NCBI GenBank assembly: GCA_963727485.1
Contig: CAVSGM010000011.1
Location: 800,001-864,000, forward strand
Direction of reading: 5' to 3'
DNA: 64,000 nt
Source: an uncultured delta proteobacterium
GTDB lineage: Bacteria; Myxococcota; Myxococcia; SLRQ01
Made by a program: the position numbers and the translations under genes. The notes below the pieces were generated by a model that saw only the letters and a list, made by a program, of their open reading frames with translations, did not search any database and was not told the origin of the DNA. Position 1 is the stretch's first letter. Each line of letters begins with the position of its first letter. Of this stretch, positions 1 to 9,310 are shown in pieces.

Positions 1-972
1 CTCGCCGAGGCGCAGGTAGGTGCCGTTGGAGGAGCCCAGGTCCTCGAAGGTGGCGTGGCCATCGGGGTGGACGGTGAGCTGGGCGTGGCGGCCGGAGATG
101 AAGCCGTCGCCGGGGAAGGTGAGGTCGCCCTGCTCCCGGCCGAGGGTGTAGGTGCCCTCGGCCAGCGGCCAGGCGCTCCCGGTGGCGCCGTCGTCGAAGC
201 ACTGCACCAGGCGCAGCTTGTACCCCGGGTCCGGCGAGCCCCACACCCGTCCGCCGCCTTCGAGCTCGGTGGCCGGGGGCACGGCCTCGAGCTCGAGGCG
301 CTGGTGGCCGAGGCGGAGGCTGGTGCCGGCCTTGAGGCGCGCCTGCTCACCGGGGGGCAGGCGCAGCCAGGTCCCCGAGCGGCTCCCCAGGTCGTCGACG
401 GTGAGCCCGTCGGCGTCCGGGGCGAAGCGGGCGTGCTCGGGGTCGACCCAGGGGTCGCCGTCGAGCCGCACCGGGCCCTCGCCGGTGCCGGCGGTGAACG
501 CCTCGGTCACCGGGTGCCTGGGGCCGTCGGTGCCGTCGGGCCGCACCGCGACCAGGGCGAAGGCGGCCTCGGCGCCGGCGGGACCCACCTTGGTGCCCGT
601 GCGGGCGGCGGGGACCTTGGCGCCGCACTCGGCGCAGAAGGCGTGCTCGGCCGGCACCGGGTGGCCGCAGCGCTCGCAGGGGCGGGTGCCCGCGGTGGCC
701 TTCTTCGTCAGGGGCACCGGGCTCTCGCCGGCGGTGGGCTTCTTCGCCTTGGTGAGAGGGATGGGGGTCGGCGAGGGGTCGGTGGGCTCGTCCTGGTCCA
801 CCGGCGCCGGCGGCGGGGTGTCCGGCAGGGGCGGGGGCGGGGTGACGGTGGTCGGGGCCCGGGGCGCCGGGGCCGCGCCCGGAGACGCCGAGGCGCCAAT
901 CTCGCTGCCGCAGTCCAGGCAGTAGCGGAACCCGTCGTCGTTCTCCCGACCGCAGACCTCGCACTTGATCAT
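1..972 (-). CDS. Zinc-ribbon + tandem FHA domain protein (3' end runs off window)
   Basis: Manual translation from ATG 972 (SD GAGGAG upstream): MIKCEVCGRENDDGFRYCLDCG, second ribbon CERCG..FCAECG, FHA motifs DLGSRSGTW and GR..SGRHA..DLGSSNGTY. Confidence 0.85.
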   Translation of the reverse strand, partial: MIKCEVCGRENDDGFRYCLDCGSEIGASASPGAAPAPRAPTTVTPPPPLPDTPPPAPVDQDEPTDPSPTPIPLTKAKKPTAGESPVPLTKKATAGTRPCERCGHPVPAEHAFCAECGAKVPAARTGTKVGPAGAEAAFALVAVRPDGTDGPRHPVTEAFTAGTGEGPVRLDGDPWVDPEHARFAPDADGLTVDDLGSRSGTWLRLPPGEQARLKAGTSLRLGHQRLELEAVPPATELEGGGRVWGSPDPGYKLRLVQCFDDGATGSAWPLAEGTYTLGREQGDLTFPGDGFISGRHAQLTVHPDGHATFEDLGSSNGTYLRLGE

Positions 973-1061
973 GGTGACCGCTCCTCGGGGCCGCACGCGC
1001 CCTTCGCGACTTGTAGGCGGCGGCGCCGGGCGGCGTCAACCGCGGGCCGTGGCCAGCGGCG

Positions 1062-2120
1062 TCACAGCGCGATGAGCTCCTCGACCTGCTCCAGGAGCTT
1101 CCGGCGCCAGGCGACCACCGGGCTCGACCCGTCGATCACCCTGCGGGTCTCCTCGATCACCTCGGCGAGGGCCACCCGGCGCACCCGGCGATCGAAGGTC
1201 GCCTCGCCGGCGTCCCCCGGGGGCTCCCAGCTCACCATCACGTCGTCGGCGCCGTGCTCCAGGGCGAGCACCGCCCCGAAGGCGAGGCGCTGGGCGATGA
1301 CCCGGTCCATGGCCGAGGGGTTCCCGCCCCGGACCACGTGGCCGAGGACGGTCTCGCGGATCTCCAGGTCGGGGAGCGTGCCGGCGATGCCCTTCTGCAG
1401 CCGCGAGACCAGGCGCGCGGTGGGGATGCGCACGCCCTCGGCCTTGACGATGAGCACCCGGTTCTTGTCGCGCTCGGGCGAGAAGCTGCGGTGGAGCACC
1501 GCCAGGAGCCGCTCGACCACCTCGTCCTCGGACCAGCCCCGCTCGGCGAAGAGGATCGCGTCGGCCTCGGCGGCGAGCCCGGCGCGCATGGCGAGGAAGC
1601 CGCTGTCGCGGCCCATGACCTCGACGATGAACGCCCGGCGGTGGGCCCGGGCGGTGTCGCTGATGCGGTCGCAGGCCTCGACGATGGTGTTGAGGGCGGT
1701 GTCCACGCCGATGGCCATGCCGCAGTGGCCGATGTCGTTGTCGATGGACGCCGGCAGCCCCACCACCTGGCAGTCGGTGAGCGGCGCCAGGAGGTGGGCG
1801 CCGGTGAGCGACCCGTTGCCCCCGATGACGACGAGCCCCTCGATGCCCAGCTCGGCGAGGCGGTCGGCGGCGCGCTGTCGCCCGGCCTCCTCGAGGAACT
1901 CGGCGGAGCGCGCCGAGCCCAGGACCGTGCCCCCGAACCGGGAGATCCCGTCGGCGTCCTTGAGGCCGAAGGGCACGGCGTCCCCGGCCATGAGCCCCTT
2001 GTAGCCCCGGCGGATGCCGAGCACCTCGTGCCTGCGCGCCAGGGCGACCTTCACCACCGTGTGGATGGCGGCGTTCATCCCCGGGGCGTCTCCCCCACTG
2101 GTCAGGACGGCGATGCGCAT
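1062..2120 (-). CDS. pfkA: ATP-dependent 6-phosphofructokinase
   Basis: MRIAVLTSGGDAPGMNA, GGTVLGSAR, GGNGS, SIDND, VEVMGR, LGHVVRGG motifs. Confidence 0.95.
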   Translation of the reverse strand: MRIAVLTSGGDAPGMNAAIHTVVKVALARRHEVLGIRRGYKGLMAGDAVPFGLKDADGISRFGGTVLGSARSAEFLEEAGRQRAADRLAELGIEGLVVIGGNGSLTGAHLLAPLTDCQVVGLPASIDNDIGHCGMAIGVDTALNTIVEACDRISDTARAHRRAFIVEVMGRDSGFLAMRAGLAAEADAILFAERGWSEDEVVERLLAVLHRSFSPERDKNRVLIVKAEGVRIPTARLVSRLQKGIAGTLPDLEIRETVLGHVVRGGNPSAMDRVIAQRLAFGAVLALEHGADDVMVSWEPPGDAGEATFDRRVRRVALAEVIEETRRVIDGSSPVVAWRRKLLEQVEELIAL

Positions 2121-2182
2121 GACCCACCAGTTATCACGCCGCCCGGTGCGGGGAAGGGTGCTTTGCGATACAACCATCGGCG

Positions 2183-3961
2183 ATGCCGATCTGCCCGTCT
2201 TGCGAGCACGAGGTCGCCGAGGGGGCGCGGTTCTGCCCCTTCTGCGGCGGCAACCTCTCCGTCCTCTCCCAGGCCGGCGAGGACCCCTACGCCGGGCGCC
2301 TCGTCGCCGGGAAGTACCTGGTCGAGGCGCTCATCGGCGAGGGCGGCATGGGGCGCGTGTACAAGGCGGTCCAGCAGCCCCTCGACAAGACGGTGGTCCT
2401 CAAGGTGCTGCGCCAGGCCTTCCAGGGCGACGCGTCGCTGGTGGCCCGGTTCCAGCGCGAGGCCCGGGCGGCGAGCCGGCTCTCGCACCCCAACAGCATC
2501 GCGGTCACCGACTTCGGCCAGATCGAGGACGGGGCGCTGTTCATCGCCATGGAGTACCTCGACGGCCGGGACCTCGCCGCCGAGCTCGCGGCGGTGGGGC
2601 CGCTCCCGGAGAAGCGGATCGTCCACATCGTCACCCAGGTGCTCTCGGCGCTGGCCGAGGCCCACGCGGCCAGCGTCATCCACCGGGACCTCAAGCCCGA
2701 GAACATCGTGATCGTCCCCCGCCGGGACGACCCGGACTTCGTGAAGGTCCTCGACTTCGGCATCGCCAAGATCCAGGACCCGGCGGGCGAGGACTCGGTG
2801 GCGCTCACCCAGGCGGGGCTGGTGTGCGGCACCCCCGAGTACATGAGCCCGGAGCAGGCCCGGGGCGAGGCGTTGGACCCGCGCTCGGACCTCTACAGCG
2901 TCGGCGTCATCCTCTACCAGCTGTCGACCGGGCGCCTGCCGTTCACCGCCGAGACCTCCGTGGGCATCGTCACCAAGCACCTGGTCGAGGCGCCGCCGCT
3001 CCCCCGGAGCATCCGCCCCGAGGTCACGCCGGAGATGGAGGCGCTGATCCTCCGGTGCATGGCCAAGGACCGGGAGGCCCGGCCGGCGACCGCCGAGGCC
3101 CTGGCCGAGGCGCTCCGGGGCGTCGAGGCCGAGGCGGCGAGCAGGGCCACCGGGGACACCGCGGTTTCCCCGGCGCAGGTGCCGCCGGCGGCGGTGCCTC
3201 CTGGCCCGGCCGCCGAGGGCCACGCGGGGACCACGGATCGGGACACCCTGGCCCGGGCCCAGGCCGCCGCGGCGGCGCCGGCGCCCGAGGTGGCCCCGGC
3301 CGCGTCCGCCCCCGACGACGACTGGGACGCCCCGGTGAAGCAGACCCGGGGCTGGGTCTGGGGCGCCGGGGTGGTGGCCATCGCGCTCGCCTTCGGCGGC
3401 GGGTACCTCGCCGTCCACTTCCTCCGCGGTGGCGGCGCCAGGCCCGCGGCGGTGGCCGCCGGGAAGCCCGCGGCCGCAGCGCCGGCCCAGGACGAGACGG
3501 CGCCCGCCAGGCCCGCGCCCACCAAGCCCGACGCGGCCCCTGCGCCCAAGGCCCACGCGGCGGCGCCCGGGACCCCGAAGCCCGCGGCCCACGTTGACGC
3601 AGACGACGCCCACCCCAAGGCGGTCCGCCACGCCGGCACGCGCCACCACGCCCTCCCGTCGCCCCCGCTCCCGGCCGACCATCACCGGGGCGCCCCGACG
3701 GCGGCCCAGCGCGCCCGGGCCCGGAAGCTCCGGGCCGCCGGGGACGGCTTCTGGGCCCACCAGGACTTCGCCCACGCCATCGCCAAGTACCGGGCGGCGG
3801 CCCGGCTCGTCCCCGACGACCCGGCCCTCCAGCGCAAGCTCGGCCTCGGCTACCTCACCCTGGGCAAGACCGGGCGCGCCAAGCCGCACCTGAAGCGCTA
3901 CCTGAAGCTCTCGCCCCACGCGCGGGACCGCAAGATGATCCAGCGCCTCCTGGCGCGGTGA
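2183..3961 (+). CDS. Membrane Ser/Thr protein kinase with N-terminal zinc ribbon and C-terminal TPR region
   Basis: CPSC..FCPFCG; GEGGMG, HRDLKPEN, DFGIAK, GTPEYMSPEQ; one TM segment; Pro/Ala linker; TPR-like C-terminus. Confidence 0.92.
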   Translation: MPICPSCEHEVAEGARFCPFCGGNLSVLSQAGEDPYAGRLVAGKYLVEALIGEGGMGRVYKAVQQPLDKTVVLKVLRQAFQGDASLVARFQREARAASRLSHPNSIAVTDFGQIEDGALFIAMEYLDGRDLAAELAAVGPLPEKRIVHIVTQVLSALAEAHAASVIHRDLKPENIVIVPRRDDPDFVKVLDFGIAKIQDPAGEDSVALTQAGLVCGTPEYMSPEQARGEALDPRSDLYSVGVILYQLSTGRLPFTAETSVGIVTKHLVEAPPLPRSIRPEVTPEMEALILRCMAKDREARPATAEALAEALRGVEAEAASRATGDTAVSPAQVPPAAVPPGPAAEGHAGTTDRDTLARAQAAAAAPAPEVAPAASAPDDDWDAPVKQTRGWVWGAGVVAIALAFGGGYLAVHFLRGGGARPAAVAAGKPAAAAPAQDETAPARPAPTKPDAAPAPKAHAAAPGTPKPAAHVDADDAHPKAVRHAGTRHHALPSPPLPADHHRGAPTAAQRARARKLRAAGDGFWAHQDFAHAIAKYRAAARLVPDDPALQRKLGLGYLTLGKTGRAKPHLKRYLKLSPHARDRKMIQRLLAR

Positions 3962-3963
3962 TC

Positions 3964-3970
3964 AGGCGGC
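3964..3970. repeat. Left copy of 7-bp direct repeat AGGCGGC bounding the insert
   Basis: Identical to 8134-8140; begins 3 nt after the kinase stop codon. Confidence 0.5.
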
Positions 3971-4126
3971 GCATCGCCGTGTGCCTCGATGTCGGGGTGA
4001 TGTCTACATTGAAGCCCCTCGCTCCAGGCTGCTATCGTGGGGTTGCCTCGTAGGGCTGTGCCGCAGTCAGCGGCGTCCCCCCAGCACGGATCCCCCACCG
4101 AGCCCCGACCGCGGCAGACCCTGGAG

Positions 4127-7100
4127 GTGATCCGTGCAGCACGGCCCGTTCCCCCCCCCCCGCACCGAGCAGTCCTCGCGTCGGCCCTGCTGATCACGGC
4201 GGTCGTGCCGGCAAGCGCCTGGGCGGCGCTCCAGTGTCCGGGGCCCGAGATCAATCTCACGTACACCGCTGACGCGGTGCCGGGTCAGGCCTCGCCGCCG
4301 TGGCAGATGCTGGGCCAGGGCACCGAGTCCGCCAGCGGCGGGATCCTCACGCTTGGCGGCACGCGCCAGGCCTACCGGGTCGAGGACCTTGGCGGCCTGT
4401 CCCACGCCTTCTCGATGACCGCACGCGTCCGCCTGGTGCCCGGGTCGAGCGGCGCGTTCGCCGTCGGCGCCGTGGCCCAGACCAAGGCGGCGGTGTTCGT
4501 CCTGGCGGCCGCGCCTGGGGGGATGAGCGTGGCGCTCCTCGGCGACAAGCAGGTGACGACCATCGGCACCGTGCCCTTCGACGCCACCACGTGGCACACG
4601 GTCGCCGTCCAGGTGGTGCGGGGCGTGAGTGCCCGGTTCATCGTGGACGGCGACACGGACCACGCGGTGGTGATCGACTGGAACGGGCTGCCCGGCCTGG
4701 ACGCGAGCCCGGCGTACGGGCACCTCGTGACCACCCCGGACCAGATGCTGGTGCTCTTCGGTAGCATCGGCGGGTACGAGAGCCAGTGGGACGATGTGGA
4801 CGCGTCGGTGTGCGGCCCGGTGGACCTGGCGGTGTCGGTACAGACCGAGGTGCCCTCGCAGGCGGGGCGGCGGGTGCTGCCGGGCGGGATGGGCGAGACG
4901 CTGTCGGGGATGACCTCGCTCACCGCCACGGTCACCCGGGTGGACGTGGTGCACCGGACGGTCCTCGACGACCCGTCGACGGAGCGGGTCATCACGGTGT
5001 CGGCGTCGCCCGCGGACGTGACCCTGGCGACGACGCCGGACGACACCTCGGTCAGGCCCCTGACGGGGCTCGAGGTGCCACCCGGGTACGTGATGCAGCT
5101 TCGGCTGATCGTCCGGGACCTGCGGATCACCCTGCGGGGGCAGACCTACCCAGTGGCGGTGCCGAGCGGCGCCGAGAGCGGGCTGAAGGTGGTACCGGCC
5201 GGCGGCTACCTGCGCGTCCCCGAGAACGGTGGTGCGGGGATCGTCATCGGTCTGCCGCTCTTCGGAAGCCTTGCTCGGAACCGAAAGGGATTTCGGATGA
5301 GGCCCCTGATGCGGGCATGCGATTGCGTCTTCGATCCGGCCACCGAGACCTGTTCGCTGGGTGGCACTTCCGGCGCGCCGGTGTGCCCGGGCCCGGGAGG
5401 TGGCCCTCCGGTCGTATCGCACCCGGTGCTCACGAGCCTGGCCTGCAATGGTCCGGTTGCGGTCCCTCTGCGGTTCGACACCGTCGACTGGATCGACGGC
5501 AACGTCCACACTCCCCAGCCAGGAGGCGTGCTCTACGACCCGGGGGTCAACCTGCCAGTCGCGATTGCCGCGGATCCGGCGACGATAGGTCTCGGGCTAG
5601 ACGTGACGCGCATTGACCTACGTGTAGCTGCGCACGGCCCGCCAGACACCGCGACCTTTGGCGGAACGCCGATCCGCGCCGTCGGGAATACTGCGGTCGC
5701 CGCTGCGAGAATGGGAATTGCCGTACTCCAGTTCCACAGTGAACACGTGCCAGCGGGTGCGCTGCCTGGAACGTGGCCCACAGGCCGAGGTCTGTCGGTC
5801 GGCAGCGCATGGGTCGACTGCGATCCGAAGGCACCTCTCTACCCGTCGGTGCCTGACATGCCTCTGCTTCAGGCGGTAACGCCTCTCGTCGTTGCCCTGC
5901 GCGGCACGCACGATCTGGTGCTCATGCGGGTACCGGCGGACGCCGACCATCACCAGACTCTAGCCATGGTCGATACGGGGCAGGTCGAGAGCCCACCGGT
6001 CCCGTCCGGCAATTTCTCCGCAGAACTCGTCGCATGGCATGGTGATGCATACCACGCCGACCGACTGCGGCGAGCAGCTGTCTTCAGATCGCGTAGCGGG
6101 CTGGTGACGGAGCCCAGTTCGAGGTGGCTTGACCTACCGCCCTCCAGCCAGCCCTGGGTGGTCGCGATACGTTCGCTGCGTGGGACAGGCTCGGTCATAC
6201 TTCGCCGGGCCGTTACCTGGCGTCAGGACCTTCCCAAGGCGCTGAACGTGAATCTCGCCATAGCGGGCGTCTCACCTCATCCTCCGGGTGCGCGGAAGTG
6301 CCGTCGTCTCACCGGCCTCGACTGCACGGTATGCGAGACTCTCACCCACGACCTGGTCTTCCATGGGCCTGACTGTCCAGAGCAGGCGGGACAGCCCGGG
6401 CCGTCCGGAGGTCCACCGCCCTCGCAGATCGAGGACCTCGAGCGCGCACTCTGCGTCGGGCTGAGGAGAACGTACTCTGCCTACAAGGGAATCGCGGACG
6501 TTCACGTCCTGCGCGTTTGGGTTGGCGACGGACTCTGCGGTGGTGCTGGTCCCTTTGGCTCGAGCGCCTGCGATGTCGAGGTCGTCAATACAAACGACAG
6601 GAACGACTCCTACGCCACTCCCATCCAACTGCCGATCCGGCCGGGAGTGCACTTACTGATAGGGCAGATGCTCCCGGTGAAGACGGCGGACTCGCCGTGG
6701 CTGGTGCCGCACGAGCTTGGTCACTACCTATTCGACCTGTGCGACGAGTACGGAACTCAGGAACCAGGCGGTCCTGTCAACCTACCGCTGTGCCCCTATC
6801 AGCGCGGCGCGCCGGCGGTGTCGGTTGGTCTCTGCGGCCACAGCCTGATGTCGGACGACTTCGGCCCCGTCCGCGCCGTTTGCACGGACCGGGAGCACGG
6901 CCTGGATGCGCCCACCCCGATTCGAGTCCTTACCCAGGGGACGTCGGCCACGCCCTCGGCCTGGGACGTCGCTCTCTGCGGCTGGCCCCCCTTGGTGAAT
7001 GCAGGCGCCGTCCAGGCGTGCCTCGCCGAGCAGCGCCAGGCCGTGGAGCTGCCGTCGCTCGATGCCCTGGACTTCTCCAGGTCCACGCTCGGCGGCCATT

Positions 7101-7153
7101 TCTGGCTGGAGCGCATGAACTACGGAGTCCGGAGGATCCGGGTATGCCAATGA
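4127..7153 (+). CDS. Large secreted multidomain protein: LamG-like beta-sandwich, DUF4382-like domain, C-terminal CLCA-like Zn metallopeptidase (start uncertain)
   Basis: Signal peptide ..VLASALLITAVVPASAWA; WHTVAVQV..FIVDG; PPGYVMQLRL..VPSGAESGLKV; HELGHYLFDLCDEY at 6710-6751 followed by SLM..C..H..AP..SAW. Confidence 0.75.
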   Translation: MIRAARPVPPPPHRAVLASALLITAVVPASAWAALQCPGPEINLTYTADAVPGQASPPWQMLGQGTESASGGILTLGGTRQAYRVEDLGGLSHAFSMTARVRLVPGSSGAFAVGAVAQTKAAVFVLAAAPGGMSVALLGDKQVTTIGTVPFDATTWHTVAVQVVRGVSARFIVDGDTDHAVVIDWNGLPGLDASPAYGHLVTTPDQMLVLFGSIGGYESQWDDVDASVCGPVDLAVSVQTEVPSQAGRRVLPGGMGETLSGMTSLTATVTRVDVVHRTVLDDPSTERVITVSASPADVTLATTPDDTSVRPLTGLEVPPGYVMQLRLIVRDLRITLRGQTYPVAVPSGAESGLKVVPAGGYLRVPENGGAGIVIGLPLFGSLARNRKGFRMRPLMRACDCVFDPATETCSLGGTSGAPVCPGPGGGPPVVSHPVLTSLACNGPVAVPLRFDTVDWIDGNVHTPQPGGVLYDPGVNLPVAIAADPATIGLGLDVTRIDLRVAAHGPPDTATFGGTPIRAVGNTAVAAARMGIAVLQFHSEHVPAGALPGTWPTGRGLSVGSAWVDCDPKAPLYPSVPDMPLLQAVTPLVVALRGTHDLVLMRVPADADHHQTLAMVDTGQVESPPVPSGNFSAELVAWHGDAYHADRLRRAAVFRSRSGLVTEPSSRWLDLPPSSQPWVVAIRSLRGTGSVILRRAVTWRQDLPKALNVNLAIAGVSPHPPGARKCRRLTGLDCTVCETLTHDLVFHGPDCPEQAGQPGPSGGPPPSQIEDLERALCVGLRRTYSAYKGIADVHVLRVWVGDGLCGGAGPFGSSACDVEVVNTNDRNDSYATPIQLPIRPGVHLLIGQMLPVKTADSPWLVPHELGHYLFDLCDEYGTQEPGGPVNLPLCPYQRGAPAVSVGLCGHSLMSDDFGPVRAVCTDREHGLDAPTPIRVLTQGTSATPSAWDVALCGWPPLVNAGAVQACLAEQRQAVELPSLDALDFSRSTLGGHFWLERMNYGVRRIRVCQ
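4151..4161. repeat. C11 homopolymer in the 5' end of the metalloprotease gene
   Basis: 11 consecutive C, directly visible. Confidence 0.9.
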
Positions 7154-8178
7154 ATCGCTTCCGTCCTGGGCTCGTGGCCCTGGTCGCAGGGATGGTGCTG
7201 CTGGCACCTGCAGCTTGCGCGGCGAGCTCACCGGCCCCGCCACCCCGAAGCCTGGGCCTGGTCCCGAAGGCCGAGACGACGAACGTGACGCTGCTCGAGG
7301 TGGCGTTCGGGCCCTATCCAGCATATCCGGACCAGGATCTGCGTACCGAGTATATCGCCTGGGTCGGCGGCGTCCTGAAGGTCATTGGCCCCGACGGGAA
7401 GCTGACGCATCCGAAGCTCGAGTTCCGTGGATTAGATGCCGCCGTCGGCCGGGACACCGATCCCCTTGCGGGCACCGACCACTACGTCGTGTCGACCCCG
7501 ACACCGGGCTGGTACACGCTCATCCTGCCGGTGCGGCCGGACATCAAGTACGACAGCACGGGCCTGGCCGCCCGATTGGTGAACGGGAACCGGGTTGGTG
7601 ACTACCTCGCCGGGAAGCCGGGCCTCGGCATCCGCGCCGCGTCGATCCGTTGTGACTCGACCGGCTGCGGGCTGGCCGTTGAGGTCTCCCAGCCCCTCGC
7701 GCCAAACCAGGTATTGTCGGGCTCGATCGTGCCGGTCGATGCGGCGGGGCAGGCGATCTCCTGGACCAAGCTCACCCAAGAGACGTTGGGCTTCGGCGGA
7801 CCCATCGCCTCGGCCAGGGTGGCAGCCCTCCGCGTGGACCGGGGACTGGTCGCCGCGGATGGTTCTGCCTGGGTATATCCCGCAGTGGGGTCCACGCTGA
7901 AAGTCGACCTCGAGCCCATCAACGGACAGTCCTCGTACACGACCTGGATCGCCAACCGGCGAGGCCTCGATGCGCAGATTCCGACACCCACCCAGGCCGA
8001 GCTTCAGCCTGCCCAGCCCGTGCCGCCGCCCGGCACGAGCCAGGACGGTGCTGCCACCGGGTGCAGTGCCGCACGGGGGGGCCCGCAGGCTGCGTTTCTC
8101 GCCCTGATACTCCTGGCTCTCACGCTTGTGCGGAGGCGGCCTTCGCCACCTCGACCCGGAGCACCTGCCGGCCCATGA
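7150..8178 (+). CDS. Secreted protein with MYXO-CTERM-type sorting signal
   Basis: ATGA overlap with upstream gene; signal peptide MNRFRPGLVALVAGMVLLAPAACAA; C-terminal GCSAARGG..FLALILLALTLVRRR. Confidence 0.8.
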   Translation: MNRFRPGLVALVAGMVLLAPAACAASSPAPPPRSLGLVPKAETTNVTLLEVAFGPYPAYPDQDLRTEYIAWVGGVLKVIGPDGKLTHPKLEFRGLDAAVGRDTDPLAGTDHYVVSTPTPGWYTLILPVRPDIKYDSTGLAARLVNGNRVGDYLAGKPGLGIRAASIRCDSTGCGLAVEVSQPLAPNQVLSGSIVPVDAAGQAISWTKLTQETLGFGGPIASARVAALRVDRGLVAADGSAWVYPAVGSTLKVDLEPINGQSSYTTWIANRRGLDAQIPTPTQAELQPAQPVPPPGTSQDGAATGCSAARGGPQAAFLALILLALTLVRRRPSPPRPGAPAGP

Positions 8179-9257
8179 GGACGTAGTCCCCGTGGCTCAG
8201 GGCGCGCTCCTCGCCGGCGGGCACGCGCACGTAGGTGCCGTTCATGCTCTCCAGGTCCGTGAGCTTCGCCCGGCCGTCGGCCTCGACGGTGAGCTCGCAG
8301 TGGTGGGTGGAGACGTAGCCGTCGTCGGGGAGGCAGACCTCGCAGCCGACCCGGCCGATGGCGACGGTGGGGCCGCTCGCGACCCACACGTGGCCGGCGC
8401 GCCCGCCGACGAGGATCTCCTCGAGGGCCACCGCGCCGGCCGGGCGGGGGGCGCCGGGGACCGGCTGGCCGTCGCCGTCCGGGACCGGGCCGAGGTAGCG
8501 CAGGCGCCGGTGGCCGACCACCAGCTCGTCGCCGGGGCCGAGGTCCACGGGCGCCCGGAGGCGGACGAAGGTGCCGCTCTCGCTGCCCGCGTCCCGGAGG
8601 TGGAGCCAGCCGTCCCGGTAGAAGAAGGTGGCGTGGTGGGGCGCGAGGAAGGCGTCGGAGGGGAAGATCACCAGGCCCTGGCTTCGGCCCGCGGGGATTC
8701 TCGTCGGCGCCGAGGCGGAACTCGGCCCCCTCGAAGCCCTCGCCGCGGATGAGGATGAGCTTGGCGCGGCCCGGGGCCAAGGCGCCGCCGGCGCTCGCCG
8801 CGCCGCCCCCGAGAGCCGGGGCCACCGCCGGGAGGACCATGGTGCCCCCGCCGGCGAGCGGCGCCCCGCACTGGGCGCAGAACCGGGCCTCGGCGGGGCA
8901 GGCCGACTTGCACACCGAGCAGATCACCGCCCGGCCCGAGTCGCCGTCGGTGGCGGAGGCCACCCCGCTCGGGGGCGGCGCCGCCACGGTGACCTCGTCG
9001 TCGTCATCGCCGTCGTCGGCGGCCGCGGCGGGCGTGGGGGGCGCCGGGACGTTGGCGGCGGCGAAGAAGCCGGTGAACCCGGCCGGGGCCAGGGCCTCGT
9101 CGCAGCTCTGGCACACCCCGACGCCCGGGGGGTTGTAGGTGTCGCAGTGGGGGCAGACCACGCCGAACTGCATCGCCGCCTCGAGGGCGTCGCCGCAGGC
9201 CTGGCAGGTGGTCGCCTCGGTGGGATTCCGGGCGCCGCAGGCGGGGCAGAGGGCCAT
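8120..9257 (-). CDS. Multi zinc-ribbon + tandem FHA domain protein (1-nt frameshift near 8698, probably an assembly error)
   Basis: MALCPACG..CQACG..CPHC..CQSC..CSVC..FCAQCG; removing one base at 8698-8699 gives ADEIPAGRSQGLVIFPSD, joining FHA motifs DAGSESGTF and GR..STHH..DLESMNGTY. Confidence 0.85.
8134..8140. repeat. Right copy of 7-bp direct repeat AGGCGGC bounding the insert
   Basis: Identical to 3964-3970; codon style returns to host-like beyond this point. Confidence 0.5.
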
Positions 9258-9310
9258 GGCGCCGTGGTAGCACGGCGCCGCGGGACCCGGCAACGACGGG
9301 GCCAGGGGCC

